DNA of 63,833 nt, counting the filler, from Welwitschia mirabilis (lineage: Eukaryota): the NCBI GenBank assembly GCA_051453625.1. It is 4 parts of one record of this genome, joined end to end, with 100 filler letters (N's around TTAATTAATTAA, not from the genome) between each part and the next. Parts side by side here need not be neighbours in the genome. Positions count along the whole stretch, not along the records: positions 1 to 21,499 come from JBOZIK010000001.1; positions 21,600 to 47,355 come from JBOZIK010000001.1; 2 more parts are not named here. One strand, given 5' to 3'. A program made the translations under genes and the position numbers. This document shows, in pieces, positions 13,346-26,000 of the stretch. Under the pieces are notes generated by a model that was not told where the DNA came from, searched no databases, and worked only from the letters and a program-made list of their open reading frames with translations. Each line of letters begins with the position of its first letter. Position 1 is the first letter of the stretch.

Positions 13346-15906
13346 ATCTATTTCTTAATAATATAGACATCATTCCATTGATGCATTCAATTATGGACTT
13401 AGATCAGAAGGTCTTTCCTTTATACAATAATATGCTAAACATTTTAGAGTATTGGATAAAAGTTTAGGAGGTCTTACTAGCTTTCTTTAGTTATGTTTAA
13501 AAACCAATGTTTGTATTGGTATTTAGGATGAGAAATATTCCATTCTTAGTATTTTATTACTTCATATTATTTAGTTAGTATGTGTGAGCTTTTCAATGTC
13601 TAATGTTATAATTTATTAATTTCTAAAGAAATTTGTTGACATTGCCCTCATAATGTGAGAGACCTTCATAATTGACCATGTCAAGCTGAAGTTAAAGTAT
13701 TACTAATTTGTTTAAAACTGTAGGTCTTAGCTTCTTTATCTCAAGAGTGAAAGGAAGGGTGTTTATGGAAAAGAATTGTTTAATTTCTCTAATTTATTAA
13801 AAATAAATATATTCCTAATCTTTCTAGATAAAAGATGATTCAATACCTTTACATTATTTTTTTGTTTTACTTTTCAATAATNNNNNNNNNNNNNNNNNNN
13901 NNNNNNNNNNNNNNNNNNNNNNNNNNNNNNNNNNNNNNNNNNNNNNNNNNNNNNNNNNNNNNNNNNNNNNNNNNNNNNNNNNNNNNNNNNNNNNNNNNNN
14001 NNNNNNNNNNNNNNNNNNNNNNNNNNNNNNNNNNNNNNNNNNNNNNNNNNNNNNNNNNNNNNNNNNNNNNNNNNNNNNNNNNNNNNNNNNNNNNNNNNNN
14101 NNNNNNNNNNNNNNNNNNNNNNNNNNNNNNNNNNNNNNNNNNNNNNNNNNNNNNNNNNNNNNNNNNNNNNNNNNNNNNNNNNNNNNNNNNNNNNNNNNNN
14201 NNNNNNNNNNNNNNNNNNNNNNNNNNNNNNNNNNNNNNNNNNNNNNNNNNNNNNNNNNNNNNNNNNNNNNNNNNNNNNNNNNNNNNNNNNNNNNNNNNNN
14301 NNNNNNNNNNNNNNNNNNNNNNNNNNNNNNNNNNNNNNNNNNNNNNNNNNNNNNNNNNNNNNNNNNNNNNNNNNNNNNNNNNNNNNNNNNNNNNNNNNNN
14401 NNNNNNNNNNNNNNNNNNNNNNNNNNNNNNNNNNNNNNNNNNNNNTTTTGCATTGGCTCATAAAAAAATTTTCTGTTCTTAATGGAATCCTTTAATTGAG
14501 TTAACATATTTTGATATAGCATGATAATTTTTTAATGTATAAATATTTTTCTTCCTAAATCATTATGCATGCACTATTAAAATTATTGAAATCATATAAA
14601 TATTAGAATTCATGTACATGTTTGTAAGGCTATTTGTTTCATTATTTTGAAATAAAAGCATGATTTCCATCTTGATAATTCTATGCATTAAATGCTTTCT
14701 TACATGGCTAAGATTACAAAACTACCTTTAATTTTTCAATCTTTAGAATGAAAAATCATTAATATTATTGGTAATTTTCTTCACTCTAATGATAAAGTTT
14801 TCACTAGGATTGTTTATAGGTAATTCGTTATCAAAGTAAATATAAAAACTTGAAGATTAGTTATTACATTAAAATTTTGTGATATAATCTTATATAAACA
14901 TATGTCTTATTTTAATATTCTAATTTTTTGCAATTATTATTAATAAAAAGGCTATATTTTTAATATGTATCTACTTTTAAGGAGAAAACTATTATACCTC
15001 TTAATTCTCTATTGATAACATACTAAATCTCAAATAAAGATGATACCTTTTAGAAATTCTATAAACCTTAAAGAAAGTATAGATACATAGATACATAAAA
15101 GATAAATCATAAATGCAAGACTAGAATAAGCAAGTAATCAACCAGGATAAGGATATTAGTCTCATGATAGAAAAAAAGAGTAAAATCATTAATAAATAGT
15201 TAATTAAATATGAGTTTAAGGTTGATGATGTGTTGTAAATAAAATGCACTATATTCTTGAGTGGTGAAATAACTACATATAGGGTTCAACAAAATATTGC
15301 TAAATTCCTAAATTTTATCTTCAAAAAATTTATTAGAATATTTAAAGCATAATTACTTGAGTATTTTATTTTTAGTAATTCTATATTAGTAATAGGTTGA
15401 TTAGATTAGAATCAAGATCAATTGGCTAAGGGATTAACTAGGTCCTATCATGGGATTGAATGTCATGTACTTGTTTATCACTATTATATGTCATTATAAG
15501 TAGCCATTAGAAAGTTAAACTTCTCTATTTTATCTAGCATTAGGAGATTAAACAACCATTCTATCTCACTCCAATAGATACATTTCTTGGAAAATTAGCT
15601 TATAGTTACTAAAATTTATTTTCTATATAATATAAACACTATTGTATTTGTTAAAAGATTTTGGATATTTGATCATTAGACTAAATTATGAAATATAATA
15701 CTATTTTACTTATTTTTTCTTNNNNNNNNNNNNNNNNNNNNNNNNNNNNNNNNNNNNNNNNNNNNNNNNNNNNNNNNNNNNNNNNNNNNNNNNNNNNNNN
15801 NNNNNNNNNNNNNNNNNNNNNTCGATCATTAGACTAAATTATGAAATATAATACTATTTTACTTATTTTTTCTTTCTTTGTTATCTCTTTATATCTCTCT
15901 CTCTTT

Positions 15907-15919
15907 ACACACACACACA

Positions 15920-15950
<31 letters not shown>

Positions 15951-15971
15951 GTGCACGCACACACACACACA
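15907..15971 (+). repeat. (AC)n microsatellite
   Basis: Directly visible, slightly interrupted. Confidence 0.95.
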
Positions 15972-15974
15972 GAG

Positions 15975-16691
15975 ACGCAGTGTGTATTTATGCAAATGCT
16001 ATGTTCTCAAGCAGATCCTATTAATTATATATAGATAAATTACATAATTATATACACTGATATAAATGTAAGTGACCCAAATGTTATATTCTCTTTGAAG
16101 GCATAGGGAAGAAGAAAGAGANNNNNNNNNNNNNNNNNNNNNNNNNNNNNNNNNNNNNNNNNNNNNNNNNNNNNNNNNNNNNNNNNNNNNNNNNNNNNNN
16201 NNNNNNNNNNNNNNNNNNNNNCAAATGCGATGTTCTCAAGTAGATCCTATTAATTAATTATATATAGATATATATATATATATATATATATATTACATAA
16301 TTATATACATTGATATAAATGTAAGTGATCCAAATGTTATATCCTCTTTGAAGGCATAGGGAAGAAGAAAGAGAATTAATTTCGAAAACAAAACACTACC
16401 TATCCTTAGAGTATAAATGAATAACAATGTAGAAATAATAATGAAAATACACTATGCAAATGAAATGCAAGTTTAAACTAAATGCAACTTCCCTTTGATT
16501 ATCAAATTAACCTTTCATGGAGATCATCCTTTTATAATCTAGATTAATCAAGAAAATTCATTGCTAAATGAAAGACAATCTAAGCTATCAGGTATGTTAG
16601 AAAAAAAAATGCAAAGTTGTTGCGACGACAACATATATGTATTTAATATGGTATATTAAGTTTTTTTTTAGATAAACTAAAAGATAAATGG
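15975..16691 (-). repeat. Athila-like LTR 3' portion
   Basis: AGTGACCCAAATGTT..AAGGCATAGG..AAAGAGAATTAATTTC is the reverse complement of about 40110-40175; TCTAGATTAATCAAGAAA matches about 39941-39960. Includes (AT)n at about 16259-16292. Confidence 0.75.
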
Positions 16692-17268
16692 NNNNNNNNN
16701 NNNNNNNNNNNNNNNNNNNNNNNNNNNNNNNNNNNNNNNNNNNNNNNNNNNNNNNNNNNNNNNNNNNNNNNNNNNNNNNNNNNNNNNNNNNNNNNNNNNN
16801 NNNNNNNNNNNNNNNNNNNNNNNNNNNNNNNNNNNNNNNNNNNNNNNNNNNNNNNNNNNNNNNNNNNNNNNNNNNNNNNNNNNNNNNNNNNNNNNNNNNN
16901 NNNNNNNNNNNNNNNNNNNNNNNNNNNNNNNNNNNNNNNNNNNNNNNNNNNNNNNNNNNNNNNNNNNNNNNNNNNNNNNNNNNNNNNNNNNNNNNNNNNN
17001 NNNNNNNNNNNNNNNNNNNNNNNNNNNNNNNNNNNNNNNNNNNNNNNNNNNNNNNNNNNNNNNNNNNNNNNNNNNNNNNNNNNNNNNNNNNNNNNNNNNN
17101 NNNNNNNNNNNNNNNNNNNNNNNNNNNNNNNNNNNNNNNNNNNNNNNNNNNNNNNNNNNNNNNNNNNNNNNNNNNNNNNNNNNNNNNNNNNNNNNNNNNN
17201 NNNNNNNNNNNNNNNNNNNNNNNNNNNNNNNNNNNNNNNNNNNNNNNNNNNNNNNNNNNNNNNNNNNA

Positions 17269-20200
17269 AGAAGTCTTTATCAAATATTTTATGAATGAGA
17301 CAATTATAAGAATAAGAAGAAAAGAAGTAATAAATTTTCAACAATACCCTCACAAAGATTATTCCTCAATGTATGAAAGATTCTTGATTATCATGTTATT
17401 CAACTTGGTTAATAACTTTGAAAAAAAGGACTTATTAATCACTTTTATAGTGGATTGAATAATCAAACTAGATAAATGATAGATTTTTTATGAGGTAGAT
17501 TTTTGATCAATTTAACCTTATAAAATGCTTGAAACTTATTAGAATACCTTGTAGAAATAAGTTAAAATTGGCCCAAAAATAATGTAAAGATACTAGAAGT
17601 ATAGGTAAAATGCTTAGCTATTCAAAAAAAGTACAACATGAAGAAGAACAACCAAAGGTTAACATCCTACTTAGTGATCTTACTAGTATATTGGAGAGTT
17701 TCACAAAAGCTTTAACTAATAAAAAATTGCTAAATTAACTCACTCATTGTGAAATATGTGATGAAAACTATCACTTTACGAAGGAATTTTNNNNNNNNNN
17801 NNNNNNNNNNNNNNNNNNNNNNNNNNNNNNNNNNNNNNNNNNNNNNNNNNNNNNNNNNNNNNNNNNNNNNNNNNNNNNNNNNNNNNNNNNTAACATCCTA
17901 CTTAGTGATCTTACTAGTATATTGGAGAGTTTCACAAAATCTTTAACTAATAAAAAATTGCTAAATTAACTCAATCATTGTGAAATATGTGATGAAAACT
18001 ATTACTCTACAAAGGAATTTTAAGCTTTACCAACTTGTAGAAATATTATATTCAATTAATTTTATGCATTTAATCAAAGGCCAAACAACTTTGGAGGTAA
18101 TCAATAATATCCATCAAGAAATAATGGACCTTCAACATCTTTTCAATCTTCATTTAACAACAAATACATAGGTCATAACTCTTAGTCTAAATTATTCCAA
18201 CTACAATAAAAATGATCCTTATAGAGAAATGATGGAGAACTAAAAAAGACATAAGATACTATCAATAAAATCTTAGAAAACCAAAACAAAAACTTAAAAA
18301 ATTTGATTAGCCTCCTTCGATAAAACATGTTAGGAAATGAAAGACCTTAAGAATCACTTGCTACTCAAACTATTCCAAACCCAAATGATGTAAAGAAATA
18401 TTAGAAAGTAGTAACTAGAAGTGGAAGTAACACTACTCCTTATGGAAAGTCTTCAAATTCTTCCATAAAGATAAGGAAAAACCTTAAGAATATGATATTA
18501 AAATTCTTAATAAATTGAAATTTTCTCCTACTCTTAATTCTAGATGTAATAACAATAACTAACATCCAAAGGAGAAGACTAACTATGGGTGGAAAGATGA
18601 AATAACAATCCAAATTATGATGACTGTTTAAAACCAATTATGAATGATGTTACTATCAACCTATCCTTTTGGAAGATCCTTTAATAAAACCTTAAGTACA
18701 ACAAAATTTGGAAGGACTTAAAATAAAATAAAATAAAATAAGATAANNNNNNNNNNNNNNNNNNNNNNNNNNNNNNNNNNNNNNNNNNNNNNNNNNNNNN
18801 NNNNNNNNNNNNNNNNNNNNNNNNNNNNNNNNNNNNNNNNNNNNNNTTATAAGTAAATTATTCATTATACAATCTCTTTCCAACTTAGTTTCTCAAAAAT
18901 GTTCTAAGTTTAAAGATCTAGGGGTAGTTACTGCTGTTATTTTTAAAGGAAATAAGAAAATCAAGAAAGCTCTAATAGACATAGCATCAAGTGTCAATAT
19001 AATGCCTTTATGCATTTGTAAAAAGCTTAGATTATAAGGGATAATTAAACCTACTAAAATAGTATTTGAATTGGTTGATTCATTAATTAAGAAACCTACA
19101 AGAATAATCAAAGNNNNNNNNNNNNNNNNNNNNNNNNNNNNNNNNNNNNNNNNNNNNNNNNNNNNNNNNNNNNNNNNNNNNNNNNNNNNNNNNNNNNNNN
19201 NNNNNNNNNNNNNNNNNNNNNNNNNNNNNNNNNNNNNNNNNNNNNNNNNNNNNNNNNNNNNNNNNNNNNNNNNNNNNNNNNNNNNNNNNNNNNNNNNNNN
19301 NNNNNNNNNNNNNNNNNNNNNNNNNNNNNNNNNNNNNNNNNNNNNNNNNNNNNNNNNNNNNNNNNNNNNNNNNNNNNNNNNNNNNNNNNNNNNNNNNNNN
19401 NNNNNNNNNNNNNNNNNNNNNNNNNNNNNNNNNNNNNNNNNNNNNNNNNNNNNNNNNNNNNNNNNNNNNNNNNNNNNNNNNNNNNNNNNNNNNNNNNNNN
19501 NNNNNNNNNNNNNNNNNNNNNNNNNNNNNNNNNNNNNNNNNNNNNNNNNNNNNNNNNNNNNNNNNNNNNNNNNNNNNNNNNNNNNNNNNNNNNNNNNGAT
19601 GGGTGTTCTACAACTATGAAGGATGAAAATAATTTTCAACTTAAAGACTTATCTAATGGCTTGAAATACATGTTATTAAATAACACTCTTATTAAGCCAT
19701 TGATCATTAGTTTTAAACTTCATCCTTTCTAAGAAAAAACCTTACTTAATCCTACTATTAAGCAAGTAATCAAGGAAAAAGTTACTAAACTTATATACAT
19801 AGGTCAATTTATGCTTTTGCATAATACTCGAGTACATCCTATACATAATAAGCTAACCTATAAATGGTTTGGTTCTTACCATGTCTAAAAGATCTTTGAT
19901 CTTGAAACTTAAGAAATTCAAAGAGTAAATAAACAAATGTTAAAAACTTTATACATCTCAAGATGATTATTATTATACCTTGAACATGATATAATAAATT
20001 AACTTAAAAGATCCTCTTTGCAAATATGAAAGTTTTCCTTAGCCATCTACTAGATTCTTTCTTAGCTTTATTTCTTGGTTTAAGTTATGATACTACTTGA
20101 TTATCTTTAACTTAATTTATGTTTAGCTTTCATAGGTCTTATCATGATTAAGTAATTAGCTACTTTGCATTTTCATGTGATAAAGATTGGATTTATCCAA

Positions 20201-21499
20201 TCTTAAGATGTTCCAATATTTACAATTAATATCCTTAATTATTTTATGACAAAATATCAATTATACTAATCTGATGCTTATTTTTAATCATATACTCTGT
20301 TACCTTATCATTCTAATGATTAATCAATGCTATCAAAAATGGGAGTCTAAGTTAATGGAAAAAGATTTAAAAATGAAAATAAGAGGGTTAAAAAAATAAA
20401 GAAAACAAAAAATTAATTACCCTCTTGTAATTATACCATGATGTACTACTGCAAGCATACTGGGGTAAATTTTCTTGAGAGGGGCCTTTGGCAATATGAT
20501 ATAGTAGATATGGGAACTCCACTAGAGGATTAGTTGACCATAATCTAGCTTTGGCTTGTAGGTCCTTATTCTCTTGGCTGTAGTTTCACTTTCCTCATCA
20601 TGATGAATGGTGTTTTTGAACATCCTATTGATAAAAAATTCTCTTCACTATGAGGAACAAACTTTAAGATCATATGAGTATACTTATCATTGGATGATAT
20701 CTTATCAAAGTACTATAATTGTCGTAGCTGAAGAGGGATTGAATTATAGTTCAAACATGACTTGATACCTTGCTAAACATAACCATTAGACATTGTCATC
20801 ATCACTATCCTTTTGAATGATACTTTATGGTGTTTTTCATTAAATCATTTATTTCTATATCAAGTAGTTTTATAATCCTTACCAATAATTTTTGCTAAGT
20901 TTGAATTTTAGGAAAAACGTTAATCTTCTTCATGTTCTATCTTGTCCATTTTCGTTTTTACCTTATTTGAATTTGTGGATTTATCTTCTCAAAGTTATTT
21001 TTCTTACCTCTTCCAAAATAATGTTTAGGAATTTGTCATTTTGTACTCTACTTATTACATTTTTCATCACTTGATTATTATACATAAAATCAAATTGACC
21101 TCTGCCTTAACCATTCTTTTGTATGATAATATTAATGTTCTGCTTTCCTTTAATAATATTTCTTTTTATAACCTCTTCTACTACTTAACCTTGTAATCAT
21201 GAAATCTTACCCTACTTTACCTTTCCTACATGACTTATGCAACTTGATATGACTTTCTCATTTAGTTGGAGAAATAAACACCTATATTACATGATTTGTA
21301 AGCCAAACGTTTTCACCAAATATATGCTATGATGTTAAACTTATGATTGATAATATACATTAATTTCACTTGTGATTTCTCATAAATGTATTCCACATGT
21401 TATACTCTTAATTCTAAATGATATATATGCTTTGAGTTTCTTTTTATTAATTAGCTCACAACTTATTATTTTCTTACTTTGTTAGGGACTAATAAATGC
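17269..21499 (+). mobile_element. Decayed Athila-like element: gag, protease, RT start fused to INT end by internal deletion, 3' non-coding up to the pre-PPT motif
   Basis: Protease KALIDIASSVNIMP at about 18965-19010; ends AGGGACTAATAAA as before the PPT at 58880. Confidence 0.85.
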
Positions 21500-21599
21500 N
21501 NNNNNNNNNNNNNNNNNNNNNNNNNNNNNNNNNNNNNNNNNNNTTAATTAATTAANNNNNNNNNNNNNNNNNNNNNNNNNNNNNNNNNNNNNNNNNNNN
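21500..21599. other. Artificial scaffold linker N44-TTAATTAATTAA-N44
   Basis: Exact 100-bp construct; the 12-mer is a six-frame stop; repeated at 47356 and 61334. Confidence 0.97.
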
Positions 21600-21799
21600 C
21601 TATCATCTTATGCTATTTAGTCAAAGGGGAAGAAAAGATTACCTCTCTTACCTTTTGCTTACATATGTAGATGTCTTGATTTAAGGGGGAGTTTTTTGAT
21701 TTTTTTGATATGCTCTTAAAAATGTTTAGTGAATGCGTTTAAATTATTTAAATCTTTAAAATCATAAAATTTTATATCATCAATGTTAAAGAAGGAGAT
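21600..21799 (+). promoter_or_regulatory. Multiple polypurine tracts upstream of a Sirevirus-type 3' LTR
   Basis: CAAAGGGGAAGAA, TAAGGGGGAG and terminal TATCATCAAT..AAAGAAGGAGAT-TG; multiple PPTs are a known Sirevirus signature. Confidence 0.8.
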
Positions 21800-23079
21800 T
21801 GTTAGTTTATATTTGCCAATTGATGTCAAACTAATTCCTCTGATTTGGTACAAATTTGTTAAATAATGTGTGCAAATGAGTTTGAGTTATGCAGGTGAAA
21901 GATGTAGAACAAAATGCACGAAAGAAACTGCTTAGTTCTGTTTACCTCTAATGGGGGTCGACCGGATCCTAGAGGGGTTGACAGCACCTAAAGCAGATNN
22001 NNNNNNNNNNNNNNNNNNNNNNNNNNNNNNNNNNNNNNNNNNNNNNNNNNNNNNNNNNNNNNNNNNNNNNNNNNNNNNNNNNNNNNNAAGTCCTAGACCG
22101 AGAGGAAAGGGGTCGACCAAATTTTCATGGGGTCGACCAAACCTAAGAAGCTGACAGTCCATAGTTCCAGACTAAGAGACAAGGGGTCGACCAGACCCAG
22201 GATGGGGTCAACCAAGTTCTTATAGGGTCAACCAGATATTTGTGGGATCGACCAAATAGTACGAAAAAGTAAATCTTATAGATGTTATGTATCTATTACC
22301 TAGCCGTTACCTAGTCATTTTCTAGCCATTTATAGCCGTTGGAGGAGAAATTCAATTATATCAAACCCTAGTAACCCTACATTATAAATACCTAAGCAAG
22401 AGATGACCTAGAGATCTTTTGGCATATTTTCAAAACTGGCATATTCTCTGTGGATCTAAAAGATCAAGTAGCATATTTCATTGGAACATCTTTTGTACTA
22501 ATTCATAACTAATTGAGGAGATCTATTTCTGGATTTGGATGTTACTTAGAATCAGATCTAAGCATTTTATCATTGTATTTATTTGGAGAAGAACTCCATT
22601 CTATGTATTGATACTGAACAAGTGATATCAAAGCTACAAAGGCTTCATTGCATCACTTCTATTTGTCTTCAAAGATTGAGACTTAGCCTGCAAAAGTCTG
22701 TTGTCAAAGATTGAGACTTAACCTGCAAAAGTGCATTGTTAAGGTTGAGACTTAGCCTGTAAAAGTTCACTTGTAAGGGTTAACAGGTGAGCCTGGCAAA
22801 ACTTGTGAAGTAACAGAGATCCAAGATCAAGCTTGGGAGAAGATGATCATCAAGAGTGGAGTAAGAGAGTTCTCAAACCACTATAAATCCTGTGTGCATC
22901 CAAACTAGTAGTTTCTATTTTATGCTTTATACTCTATATCTCATTCCTTATATTCATAATCTTAATTTTATTATTTAGTTAAATGCAACCTGTGATTAGA
23001 TTTTGTTAAGTTATTTTTGAGCTTAAAGTTTTTGAAAAGAACCTATTCACCCCCGCTTTTAAGGTTCTCGATCCTATCA
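21800..23079 (+). repeat. Sirevirus (SIRE/Maximus, Ty1/copia) 3' LTR
   Basis: Starts TGTTAG; GGGGTCGACC palindrome array; TATAAATA at about 22383; ends CCTATTCACCCCC..CCTATCA (C-rich Sirevirus terminal motif). Confidence 0.85.
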
Positions 23080-26000
23080 GAATCAAGTTTGCACATACTA
23101 TATCACCTTGGGTAAGTATTGTTTAGAGGATACATCTTTATGTGATTATATTATGTCAATACATGATATTAGTCAACTACCATAAATGATATTTAATATA
23201 CTTAGTTAGGACCTTATAGCTACCAAGTCATAAGTCAACTTTATTAGTACTTTGTCCTTTGAAGCTGTATTTAGAGTATTACATCCTCATAGTGGATCAC
23301 ATTCTAATACATAGTCTTCAAGAAAATAAAAATATAATGTTAAACATTATGATATGAATAAAGATCCTTAAAAATAACAAGCAATTTCACCTCCGCAACA
23401 CCAGGTATTAAGTAAGAGAAAATCACATTAGAATAATGCTAATTTGAAGAAGCATATATATTAGTGTTTATGATGTGGAAGACAAGATGATACCACAACT
23501 TATTATTACATCCCTTAGAACAAAATTAAAGATACTCCTAGTTCTTGATGACTCTAGTTGTTTTGGATAATGCTAAATTCTATTTATCTAATGCCATCTT
23601 TCAAAGGCATGATTTTATATGTATGATTAAAAACATTCCTCATGATAGATTTTAAATATAGATACTAGTGCAATTAGGCATATAACATATAGATGTGACT
23701 AGTTTAATAACTTAATATCATAACATAGTAAAATTTATTTGGTAGATAGAGCTTCAATTCTTATGGAAGGTTATGGTACAGTTATCTTTTAGTTTCTTCT
23801 TGCTTATAATGAATGCTCTCTCACTCTTTTTATGTGCTCTCTATAAGATTACATCTTATCTTCCTTTCCACATTAGTTAAAGAAGATTACTTTATCTTCA
23901 TGATAAAGGGTTCCATTGATGTTTTTAACGATTCTCAAAATATTATTATGAAGGACTATAGAGAGGAAAAAATGATGTATCTTCAAGGATGCGTTGGTAT
24001 GCATGAAACTACATGCTATGTCTTCTATTTTTTTGTAGCATGCTTTCTTGGATTAAGTAAGTCTTTGTTATTTAACTACAATACATGAGGATCGACATTG
24101 ACTTATACCCTCCATTTCACATGTTTTTCCTTAATGTGAAGCATGTATAATGGGTAAATCAAGATACTAATGCTTTTTTAAAAGTGAGTGGCACGATGAT
24201 CACAAGCTTCTACTCATTCATAGTAATCTATATGATCTTATGTGAGTTCCTACACTTTAAGGATATTGTTACTTCATTTATTTGATAGATGATTTCCATG
24301 TATGACTTTGATGCTTTTTATGTAATTAAAATTTCTTAAATATTTCTAAGATTTTTAGAGTAAAAGTGGAAAAAGGATCTTGTAACAAGATCAAGGGTTT
24401 TAATTTTAATAATGGTGGGGAATAAACATTATCTAAATTCAAGAACTTTCTTGCTTTAGAAGGGACTCATCATCTAAACATTTTCTTAGGAATACCTTAA
24501 CATAATGGAATCACTAAATAATTCAATCTATCCATCATGGATATGGCATGTTTAGTGATGTAGTCTAATGAATGGAAATTCTACTTATGAAATGAAGTTG
24601 TTAGTTCAACTGAATGGATACATGCTTCTTATAAACCATCTTTATGTATTTAGATGTAAATGTTGTGTCCATATTCCTATCGAATATTGTGATAAGATTG
24701 GTATACATGCTCATATCGATATTTTTGTGGGATGTCCAACTAGATAGAAAGGATATTGCATGTACATTTTTGAGTATCATAAGATCATCATTTCTAATGA
24801 TGTGATATCTTTTAAAACCTTATAAAATGTATATTAGCTTAATCTTTTCAAGCTGCATCCTTCCTATCATATTATACAAATTTTAAATGCTCAATGTTCT
24901 ATGGTTGAGGGGGAAGATGTATCTACCAATTGCAATTTCTTAGTTTCTTCCAAGAAAGAAAAATGATTTGTTTATAATACAACCTAAAGAAATTGAGATT
25001 TTTTATATGCCTAGAACATACGAACATGGTTCTACCAATAACTCATTGGATTGTCTTAGGAAGTATGCTAATCTCTCCCAAAGATAAGAATAAAGTACTT
25101 AGCTATAATCTATTCTAGAAGAGGCTAGTGATGATAGAAGGGGAAAATCTAGAACTAGGTAGATCTATTATGCATATCTTAATGATGATGATGATCTTCA
25201 TCTCACATTTGATGGTGAAGCAATCTCTTTCAAGAATGCCCTTCTGCATGCTCACTGGGTATAACCTATAAAATAAAAATATAATGCACTTCTGAAAAAC
25301 GATACATGGAAGTTGGTTGATCTCCTAGTAGGTTGCACTGCATTACTAAAAAATGGATTTTATATAATAAGCATATAGTGGATAACACCATTAAAAATAA
25401 CAAAGCTTAGCTTATTACTGTAGGGCTACAACAAAGAAAATGAATAGACTATAATGAATTTTATGCACCAATAGCTAAATGGGTTATCATAACAACTATA
25501 ATTGCCTTAGTAGCTTAGAAGGGATACAAGATGTACTAATTATATTCCGAAACTAAATTTTTCAATGAATCTCTTAAAGAATAAATATATATGATGCAAT
25601 CAAAGGGCTCTAAAGTGAAAGGTAAGCAATAGAAAGTATCTATACTAACTAAGTCATAATAAGAGCTAAAACAAGCTCCAAGAGCATTATATACTAAACT
25701 AACCAATTACTTGAATATCATTGGATTTAAACTATATGAAAATCAAGATGTAGATGTCATACTGTTCATCAAATATGATGAAAAAAAAATCTACATAAAT
25801 AGTATTTCATGTAGATAACATGTTGATAACTAGTAGCAATGATGCAGATGTGAATCATATAAATATTGCTTTAATTAAGGCATTTATAATTTTTGATTTA
25901 GAATTAGATAGATTCTAATTTGATGTAGAAACTAAGAAAATAAAGAATGAAATATTTATAACTCAAAGAAAATACGTTTGAGGATTTATTTAAAAATTTA

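Noticed and set aside
13346-15720. Unassigned AT-rich DNA, possibly a host intron or decayed TE
   Set aside because: No readable motif, exon structure or homolog in the window.
15841-16038. ORF with a THTHTH repeat
   Set aside because: Translation of the (AC)n microsatellite.
21544-21555. TTAATTAATTAA as a biological palindrome or recombination site
   Set aside because: Always centred in exactly 44+44 N; assembly linker.
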